A stretch of DNA of 64,000 nt from the human T2T-CHM13v2.0 reference genome, Homo sapiens: assembly GCF_009914755.1 (NCBI RefSeq), contig NC_060925.1. One strand, 5' to 3'. Made by a program: the position numbers and the translations under genes. Position 1 is the first letter of the stretch. Each line of letters starts with the position of its first letter. Under the pieces are notes generated by a model. That model searched no databases. It was not told the DNA's origin and saw nothing but the letters and a program-made list of their open reading frames with translations. Positions 1-10,139 of this stretch are shown in pieces.

Positions 1-112
1 TCCTTGTGTTGTGTGTATTCAACTCACAGAGTTGAACGATCCTTTACACAGAGCAGACTTGAAACATTCTTTTTGTGGAATTTGCAAGTGGAGATTTCAG
101 CCGCTTTGAGGT

Positions 113-129
113 CAATGGTAGAATAGGAA
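113..129 (+). other. A-box / pJalpha-box-equivalent site of the non-CENP-B monomer (representative)
   Basis: caatggtagaataggaa lies 171 bp upstream of the CENP-B box at the homologous monomer position and resembles a degenerate pJalpha box (CTAYGGTGRAAAAGGAA). Confidence 0.7.
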
Positions 130-283
130 ATATCTTCCTATAGAAACTAGACAGAACGATTCTCAGAAACTCCTTTGTGATGTGTGCGTTCAACTCACAG
201 AGTTTAACCTTTCTGTTCATACAGCAGTTAGGAAACACTCTATTTGTAAAGTCTGCAAGTGGATATTCAGACCTCTTTGAGGC

Positions 284-300
284 CTTCGTTGGAAACGGGA
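284..300 (+). other. CENP-B box (representative; recurs every ~340 bp across the window, about 188 sites)
   Basis: CTTCGTTGGAAACGGGA matches the 17-bp CENP-B box with core nTTCGnnnnAnnCGGGn. C-type dimers mostly end in CGGGT, which changes only the non-core last position. Confidence 0.97.
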
Positions 301-340
301 TTTCTTCATATTCTGCTAGACAGAAGAATTCTCAGTAACT

Positions 341-2379
341 TCCTTGTGTTGTGTGTATTCAACTCACAGAGTTGAACGATCCTTTACACAGAGCAGACTT
401 GAAACACTCTTTTTGTGGAATTTGCAAGTGGAGATTTCAGCCGCTTTGAGGTCAATAGTAGAAAAGGAAATATCTTCGTAGAAAAACTAGACAGAATGAT
501 TCTCAGAAACTCCTTTGTGATGTGTGTGTTCAACTCACAGAGTTTAACCTTTCTTTTCATAGAGCAGTTAGTAAACACTCTGTTTATAAAGTCTGCAAGT
601 GGATATTCAGACCCCTTTGAGGCCGTCGTTGGAAACGGGATTTCTTCATATTATGCTAGACAGAAGAATTCTCAGTAACTTCCTTGTGTTGTGTGTATTC
701 AACTGACAGAGTTGAACTTTCATTTAGAGAGAGCAGATTTGAAACACTGTTTTTGTGGAATTTGCAATTGGAGATTTCAAGCGCTTTGGGGCCAAAGGCA
801 GAAAAGGAAATATCTTCGTATAAAAACTAGACAGAATCATTCTCAGAAACTCCTTTGTGATGTGTGCGTTCAACTCTCAGAGTTTAACTTTTCTTTTCAT
901 TCAGCGGTTTGGAAACACTCTGTTTGTAAAGTCTGCACGTGGATATTTTGACCACTTAGAGGCCTTCGTTGGAAACGGGTTTTTTTCATGTAAGGCTAGA
1001 CAGAAGAATTCCCAGTAACTTCCTTGTGTTGTGTGCATTCAACTCACAGAGTTGAACGTTCCCTTAGACAGAGCAGATTTGAAACACTCTATTTGTGCAA
1101 TTTGCAAGTGTAGATTTCAAGCGCTTTAAAGTCAATGGCAGAAAAGGAAATATCTTCGTTTCAAAACTAGACAGAATCATTCCCACAAACTGCGTTGTGA
1201 TGTGTTCGTTCAACTCACAGAGTTTAACCTTTCTGTTCATAGAGCAGTTAGGAAACACTCTGTTTGTAAAGTCTGCAAGTGGATATTCAGACCTCTTTGA
1301 GGCCTTCGTTGGAAACGGGATTTCTTCATATTCTGCTAGACAGAAGAATTCTCAGTAACTTCCTTGTGTTGTGTGTATTCAACTCACAGAGTTGAACGAT
1401 CCTTTACACAGAGCAGACTTGAAACACTCTTTTTGTGGAATTTGCAAGTGGAGATTTCAGCCGCTTTGAGGTCAATAGTAGAAAAGGAAATATCGTCGTA
1501 GAAAAACTAGACAGAATGATTCTCAGAAACTCCTTTGTGATGTGTGTGTTCAACTCACAGAGTTTAACCTTTCTTTTCATAGAGCAGCTAGTAAACACTC
1601 TGTTTATGAAATCTGCAAGTGGATATTCAGACCCCTTTGAGGCCTTCGTTGGAAACGGGATTTCTTCATATTCTGCTAGACAGAAGAATTCTCAGTAACT
1701 TCCTTGTGTTGTGTGTATTCAACTGACAGAGTTGAACTTTCATTTGGAGAGAGCAGATTTGAAACACTGTTTTTGTGGAATTTGCAAGTGGAGATTTCAA
1801 GCGCTTTGGGGCCAAAGGCAGAAAAGGAAATATCTTCGTATAAAAACTAGACAGAATCATTCTCAGAAACTGCTGCGTGATGTGTGCGTTCAACTCTCAG
1901 AGTTTAACTTTTCTTTTCATTCAGCGGTTTGGAAACACTCTGTTTGTAAAGTCTGCACGTGGAAATTTTGACCACTTAGAGGCCTTCGTTGGAAACGGGT
2001 TTTTTTCATGTAAGGCTAGACAGAAGAATTCCCAGTAACTTCCTTGTGTTGTGTGCATTCAACTCACAGAGTTGAACGTTCCCTTAGACAGAGCAGATTT
2101 GAAACACTCTATTTGTGCAATTTGCAAGTGTAGATTTCAAGCGCTTTAAGGTCAATGGCAGAAAAGGAAATATCTTCGTTTCAAAACTAGACAGAATCAT
2201 TCCCACAAACTGCGTTGTGATGTGTTCGTTCAACTCACAGAGTTTAACCTTTCTGTTCATAGAGCAGTTAGGAAACACTCTGTTTGTAAACTCTGTAAGT
2301 GGATATTCTGACATCTTGTGGCCTTCGTTGGAAACGGGATTTCTTCATATTCTGCTAGACAGAAGAATTCTCAGTAACT
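341..2379 (+). repeat. Two tandem 6-monomer (~1020 bp) HOR units, B-C-D' / B-C-D
   Basis: B, C and D ORF signatures recur at +1020 (384/1404, 691/1711, 1064/2084). The same pair recurs at ~14.6-16.7 kb, and without its first B at ~10.2-11.9 kb. Confidence 0.85.
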
Positions 2380-5300
2380 TCCTTGTGTTGTGTGTATTCA
2401 ACTCACAGAGTTGAATGATCCTTTACACAGAGCAGACTTGAAACACTCTTTTTGTGGAATTTGCAAGTGGAGATTTCAGCCGCTTTGAGGTCAATGGTAG
2501 AAAAGGAAACTATCTTCATATAAAGAATAGACAGAATGATTCTCAGAAAATCTTTTGTGATGTGTGCGTTCAACTCACAGAGTTTAACTTTTCTTCTCAT
2601 AGAGCAGTTAGGAAACACTCTGTTTGTAAAGTCTGCAAGTGGATATTCAGACCTCTTTGAGGCCTTCGTTGGAAACGGGATTTCTTCATATTATGCTAGA
2701 CAGAATAATTCTCAGTAACTTCCTTGTGTTGTGTGTATTTAACTCACAGAGTTGAAGGATCCTTTACAGAGAGCAGGCTTGAAACACTCTTTTTGTCGAA
2801 TTTGCAAGTGGAGATTTCAGCCGCTTTGAGGTCAACGGTAGAAAAGTAAATATCTTCGTATAAAGACTAGACAGAATGATTCTCAGAAACTCCTTTGTGA
2901 TGTGTGCGTTCAACTCACAGAGTTTAACCTTTCTGTTCATAGAGCAGTTAGGAAACACTCTGTTTGTAAAGTCTGCAAGTGGATATTCAGACCTCCTTGA
3001 GGCCTTCGTTGGAAACGGGATTTCTTCATATTCTGCTAGACAGAAGAATTCTCAGTAACTTCCTTGTGTTGTGTTTATTCAACTCACAGAGTTGAATGAT
3101 CCTTTACACAGAGCAGACTTGAAACACTCTTTTTGTGGAATTTGCAAGTGGAGATTTCAGCCGCTTTGAGGTCAACGGTAGAAAAGTAAATATCTTCGTA
3201 TAAAGACTAGACAGAATGATTCTCAGAAACTCCTTTGTGATGTGTGCGTTCAACTCACAGAGTTTAACCTTTCTGTTCATAGAGCAGTTAGGAAACACTC
3301 TGTTTGTAAAGTCTGCAAGTGGATATTCAGACCTCCTTGAGGCCTTCGTTGGAAACGGGATTTCTTCATATTCTGCTAGACAGAAGAATTCTCAGTAACT
3401 TCCTTGTGTTGTGTGTATTCAACTCACAGAGTTGAACGATCCTTTACACAGAGCAGACTTGAAACACTCTTTTTGTGGAATTTGCAAGTGGAGATTTCAG
3501 CCGCTTTGAGGTCAATGGTAGAAAAGGAAACTATCTTCATATAAAGACTAGACAGAATGATTCTCAGAAAATCTTTTGTGATGTGTGCGTTCAACTCACA
3601 GAGTTTAACTTTTCTTCTCATAGAGCAGTTAGGAAACACTCTGTTTGTAAAGTCTGCAAGTGGATATTCAGACATCTTTGAGGCCTTCGTTGGAAACGGG
3701 ATTTCTTCATATTCTGCTAGACAGAAGAATTCTCAGTAACTTCCTTGTGTTGTGTGTATTCAACTCACAGAGTTGAAGGATCCTTTACAGAGAGCAGGCT
3801 TGAAACACTCTTTTTGTCGAATTTGCAAGTGGAGATTTCAGCCGCTTTGAGGTCAATGGTAGAATAGGAAATATCTTCTTATAGAAACTAGACAGAATGA
3901 TTCTCATAAACTCCTTTGTGATGTGTGCGTTCAACTCACAGAGTTTAACCTTTCTTTTCATAGAGCAGTTAGGAAACACTCTGTTTGTAAAGTCTGCAAG
4001 TGGATATTCAGACCTCCTTGAGGCCTTCGTTGGAAACGGGATTTCTTCATATTCTGCTAGACAGAAGAATTCTCAGTAACTTCCTTGTGTTGTGTTTATT
4101 CAACTCACAGAGTTGAATGATCCTTTACACAGAGCAGACTTGAAACACTCTTTTTGTGGAATTTGCAAGTGGAGATTTCAGCCGCTTTGAGGTCAACGGT
4201 AGAAAAGTAAATATCTTCGTATAAAGACTAGACAGAATGATTCTCAGAAACTCCTTTGTGATGTGTGCGTTCAACTCACAGAGTTTAACCTTTCTGTTCA
4301 TAGAGCAGTTAGGAAACACTCTGTTTGTAAAGTCTGCAAGTGGATATTCAGACCTCTTTGAGGCCTTCGTTGGAAACGGGATTTCTTCATATTCTGCTAG
4401 ACAGAAGAATTCTCAGTAACTTCCTTGTGTTGTGTGTATTCAACTCACAGAGTTGAACGATCCTTTACACAGAGCAGACTTGAAACACTCTTTTTGTGGA
4501 ATTTGCAAGAGGAGATTTCAGCCGCTTTGAGGTCAATAGTAGAAAAGGAAATGTCTTCGTAGAAAAACTAGACAGAATGATTCTCAGAAACTCCTTTGTG
4601 ATGTGTGTGTTCAACTCACAGAGTTTAACCTTTCTTTTCATAGAGCAGTTAGTAAACACTCTGTTTATAAAGTCTGCAAGTGGATATTCAGACCCCTTTG
4701 AGGCCTTCGTTGGAAACGGGATTTCTTCATATTATGCTAGACAGAAGAATTCTCAGTAACTTCCTTGTGTTGTGTGTATTCAACTGACAGAGTTGAACTT
4801 TCATTTGGAGAGAGCAGATTTGAAACACTGTTTTTGTGGAATTTGCAAGTGGAGATTTCAAGCGCTTTGGGGCCAAAGGCAGAAAAGGAAATATCTTCGT
4901 ATAAAAACTAGACAGAATCATTCTCAGAAACTGCTGCGTGATGTGTGCGTTCAACTCTCAGAGTTTAACCTTTCTTTTCATTCAGCGGTTTGGAAACACT
5001 CTGTTTGTAAAGTCTGCACGTGGATATTTTGACCACTTAGAGGCCTTCGTTGGAAACGGGTTTTTTTCATGTAAGGCTAGACAGAAGAATTCCCAGTAAC
5101 TTCCTTGTGTTGTGTGCATTCAACTCACAGAGTTGAACGTTCCCTTAGACAGAGCAGATTTGAAACACTCTATTTGTGCAATTTGCAAGTGTAGATTTCA
5201 AGCGCTTTAAGGTCAACGGCAGAAAAGGAAATATCTTCGTTTCAAAACTAGACAGAATCATTCCCACAAACTGCGTTGTGATGTGTTCGTTCAACTCACA

Positions 5301-8300
5301 GAGTTTAACCTTTCTGTTCATAGAGCAGTTAGGAAACACTCTGTTTGTAAAGTCTGTAAGTGGATATTCTGATATCTTGTGGCCTTCGTTGGAAACGGGA
5401 TTTCTTCATATTCTGCTAGACAGAAGAATTCTCAGTAACTTCCTTGTGTTGTGTGTATTCAACTCACAGAGTTGAACGATCCTTTACACAGAGCAGACTT
5501 GAAACACTCTTTTTGTGGAATTTGCAAGTGGAGATTTCAGCCGCTTTGAGGTCAATGGTAGAAAAGGAAACTATCTTCATATAAAGACTAGACAGAATGA
5601 TTCTCAGAAAATCTTTTGTGATGTGTGCGTTCAACTCACAGAGTTTAACTTTTCTTCTCATAGAGCAGTTAGGAAACACTCTGTTTGTAAAGTCTGCAAG
5701 TGGATATTCAGACCTGTTTGAGGCCTTCGTTGGAAACGGGATTTCTTCATATTATGCTAGACAGAATAATTCTCAGTAACTTCCTTGTGTTGTGTGTATT
5801 CAACTCACAGAGTTGAAGGATCCTTTACAGAGAGCAGGCTTGAAACACTCTTTTTGTCGAATTTGCAAGTGGAGATTTCAGCCGCTTTGAGGTCAATGGT
5901 AGAATAGGAAATATCTTCTTATAGAAACTAGACAAAATGATTCTCATGAACTCCTTTGTGATGTGTGCGTTCAACTCACAGAGTTTAACCTTTCTTTTCA
6001 TAGAGCAGTTAGGAAACACTCTGTTTGTAAAGTCTGCAAGTGGATATTCAGACCTCCTTGACGCCTTCGTTGGAAACGGGATTTCTTCATATTCTGCTAG
6101 ACAGAAGAATTCTCAGTAACTTCCTTGTGTTGTGTGTATTCAACTCACAGAGTTGAACGATCCTTTACACAGAGCAGACTTGAAACACTCTTTTTGTGGA
6201 ATTTGCAAGTGGAGATTTCAGCCGCTTTGAGGTCAATGGTAGAAAAGGAAACTATCTTCATATAAAGACTAGACAGAATGATTCTCAGAAAATCTTTTGT
6301 GATGTGTGCGTTCAACTCACAGAGTTTAACTTTTCTTCTCATAGAGCAGTTAGGAAACACTCTGTTTGTAAAGTCTGCAAGTGGATATTCAGACCTGTTT
6401 GAGGCCTTCGTTGGAAACGGGATTTCTTCATATTATGCTAGACAGAATAATTCTCAGTAACTTCCTTGTGTTGTGTGTATTCAACTCACAGAGTTGAAGG
6501 ATCCTTTACAGAGAGCAGGCTTGAAACACTCTTTTTGTCGAATTTGCAAGTGGAGATTTCAGCCGCTTTGAGGTCAATGGTAGAATAGGAAATATCTTCT
6601 TATAGAAACTAGACAAAATGATTCTCATGAACTCCTTTGTGATGTGTGCGTTCAACTCACAGAGTTTAACCTTTCTTTTCATAGAGCAGTTAGGAAACAC
6701 TCTGTTTGTAAAGTCTGCAAGTGGATATTCAGACCTCCTTGAGGCCTTCGTTGGAAACGGGATTTCTTCATATTCTGCTAGACAGAAGAATTCTCAGTAA
6801 CTTCCTTGTGTTGTGTGTATTCAACTCACAGAGTTGAACGATCCTTTACACAGAGCAGACTTGAAACATTCTTTTTGTGGAATTTGCAAGTGGAGATTTC
6901 AGCCGCTTTGAGGTCAATGGTAGAATAGGAAATATCTTCCTATAGAAACTAGACAGAACGATTCTCAGAAACTCCTTTGTGATGTGTGCGTTCAACTCAC
7001 AGAGTTTAACCTTTCTTTTCATAGAGCAGTTAGGAAACACTCTGTTTGTAAAGTCTGCAAGTGGATATTCAGACATCTTTGAGGCCTTCGTTGGAAACGG
7101 GATTTCTTCATATTCTGCTAGACAGAAGAATTCTCAGTAACTTCCTTGTGTTGTGTGTATTCAACTCACAGAGTTGAAGGATCCTTTACAGAGAGCAGTC
7201 TTGAAACACTCTTTTTGTCGAATTTGCAAGTGGAGATTTCAGCCGCTTTGAGGTCAATGGTAGAATAGGAAATATCTTCTTATAGAAACTAGACAGAATG
7301 ATTCTCATAAACTCCTTTGTGATGTGTGCGTTCAACTCACAGAGTTTAACCTTTCTTTTCATAGAGCAGTTAGGAAACACTCTGTTTGTAAAGTCTGCAA
7401 GTGGATATTCAGACCTCCTTGAGGCCTTCGTTGGAAACGGGATTTCTTCATATTCTGCTAGACAGAAGAATTCTCAGTAACTTCCTTGTGTTGTGTTTAT
7501 TCAACTCACAGAGTTGAATGATCCTTTACACAGAGCAGACTTGAAACACTCTTTTTGTGGAATTTGCAAGTGGAGATTTCAGCCGCTTTGAGGTCAACGG
7601 TAGAAAAGTAAATATCTTCGTATAAAGACTAGACAGAATGATTCTCAGAAACTCCTTTGTGATGTGTGCGTTCAACTCACAGAGTTTAACCTTACTGTTC
7701 ATAGAGCAGTTAGGAAACACTCTGTTTGTAAAGTCTGCACGTGGAAATTTTGACCACTTAGAGGCCTTCGTTGGAAACGGGTTTTTTTCATGTAAGGCTA
7801 GACAGAAGAATTCCCAGTAACTTCCTTGTGTTGTGTGCATTCAACTCACAGAGTTGAACGATCCTTTACACAGAGCAGACTTGAAACATTCTTTTTGTGG
7901 AATTTGCAAGTGGAGATTTCAGCCGCTTTGAGGTCAATGGTAGAATAGGAAATATCTTCCTATAGAAACTAGACAGAACGATTCTCAGAAACTCCTTTGT
8001 GATGTGTGCGTTCAACTCACAGAGTTTAACCTTTCTTTTCATAGAGCAGTTAGGAAACACTCTATTTGTAAAGTCTGCAAGTGGATATTCAGACCTCTTT
8101 GAGGCCTTCGTTGGAAACGGGATTTCTTCATATTCTGCTAGACAGAAGAATTCTCAGTAACTTCCTTGTGTTGTGTGTATTCAACTCACAGAGTTGAACG
8201 ATCCTTTACACAGAGCAGACTTGAAACACTCTTTTTGTGGAATTTGCAAGTGGAGATTTCAGCCGCTTTGAGGTCAATAGTAGAAAAGGAAATATCTTCG

Positions 8301-10139
8301 TAGAAAAACTAGACAGAATGATTCTCAGAAACTCCTTTGTGATGTGTGTGTTCAACTCACAGAGTTTAACCTTTCTTTTCATAGAGCAGTTAGTAAACAC
8401 TCTGTTTATAAAGTCTGCAAGTGGATATTCAGACCCCTTTGAGGCCTTCGTTGGAAACGGGATTTCTTCATATTATGCTAGACAGAAGAATTCTCAGTAA
8501 CTTCCTTGTGTTGTGTGTATTCAACTGACAGAGTTGAACTTTCATTTAGAGAGAGCAGATTTGAAACACTGTTTTTGTGGAATTTGCAATTGGAGATTTC
8601 AAGCGCTTTGGGGCCAAAGGCAGAAAAGGAAATATCTTCGTATAAAAACTAGACAGAATCATTCTCAGAAACTCCTTTGTGATGTGTGCGTTCAACTCTC
8701 AGAGTTTAACTTTTCTTTTCATTCAGCGGTTTGGAAACACTCTGTTTGTAAAGTCTGCACGTGGAAATTTTGACCACTTAGAGGCCTTCGTTGGAAACGG
8801 GTTTTTTTCATGTAAGGCTAGACAGAAGAATTCCCAGTAACTTCCTTGTGTTGTGTGCATTCAACTCACAGAGTTGAACGTTCCCTTAGACAGAGCAGAT
8901 TTGAAACACTCTATTTGTGCAATTTGCAAGTGTAGTTTTCAAGCTCTTTAAGGTCAATGGCAGAAAAGGAAATATCTTCGTTTCAAAACTAGACAGAATC
9001 ATTCCCACAAACTGCGTTGTGATGTGTTCGTTCAACTCACAGAGTTTAACCTTTCTGTTCATAGAGCAGTTAGGAAACACTCTGTTTGTAAAGTCTGTAA
9101 GTGGATATTCTGACATCTTGTGGCCTTCGTTGGAAACGGGATTTCTTCATATTCTGCTAGACAGAAGAATTCTCAGTAACTTCCTTGTGTTGTGTGTATT
9201 CAACTCACAGAGTTGAACGATCCTTTACACAGAGCAGACTTGAAACACTCTTTTTGTGGAATTTGCAAGTGGAGATTTCAGCCGCTTTGAGGTCAATGGT
9301 AGAAAAGGAAACTATCTTCATATAAAGACTAGACAGAATGATTCTCAGAAAATCTTTTGTGATGTGTGCGTTCAACTCACAGAGTTTAACTTTTCTTCTC
9401 ATAGAGCAGTTAGGAAACACTCTGTTTGTAAAGTCTGCAAGTGGATATTCAGACATCTTTGAGGCCTTCGTTGGAAACGGGATTTCTTCATATTCTGCTA
9501 GACAGAAGAATTCTCAGTAACTTCCTTGTGTTGTGTGTATTCAACTCACAGAGTTGAAGGATCCTTTACAGAGAGCAGGCTTGAAACACTCTTTTTGTCG
9601 AATTTGCAAGTGGAGATTTCAGCCGCTTTGAGGTCAATGGTAGAATAGGAAATATCTTCTTATAGAAACTAGACAGAATGATTCTCATAAACTCCTTTGT
9701 GATGTGTGCGTTCAACTCACAGAGTTTAACCTTTCTTTTCATAGAGCAGTTAGGAAACACTCTGTTTGTAAAGTCTGCAAGTGGATATTCAGACCTCCTT
9801 GAGGCCTTCGTTGGAAACGGGATTTCTTCATATTCTGCTAGACAGAAGAATTCTCAGTAACTTCCTTGTGTTGTGTTTATTCAACTCACAGAGTTGAATG
9901 ATCCTTTACACAGAGCAGACTTGAAACACTCTTTTTGTGGAATTTGCAAGTGGAGATTTCAGCCGCTTTGAGGTCAACGGTAGAAAAGTAAATATCTTCG
10001 TATAAAGACTAGACAGAATGATTCTCAGAAACTCCTTTGTGATGTGTGCGTTCAACTCACAGAGTTTAACCTTACTGTTCATAGAGCAGTTAGGAAACAC
10101 TCTGTTTGTAAAGTCTGCAAGTGGATATTCAGACCTCTT

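Larger units (their letters stand above)
1..7860 (+). repeat. Copy 1 of a >=7.8-kb block repeated at +14283 (copy 2 ~14284-22143)
   Basis: Same order of 23 dimers and shared rare variants (ggccgtcg 625/14908, ttaaagtc, tatcgtcg, aagaatag, gagcagtc). ORF starts are offset by exactly 14283 (44/14327 ... 7526/21809). Confidence 0.9.

Noticed and set aside
936-941. E-box/CDEI-like CACGTG in every C dimer
   Set aside because: It is a single-base variant of caagtg, and a 6-mer match alone does not support regulatory function.
2704-2711. EcoRI site loss (gaataattc in many E dimers; gaagagttccc at ~50654 and ~58132)
   Set aside because: These are simple SNVs, useful only as restriction markers, with no evidence of function.
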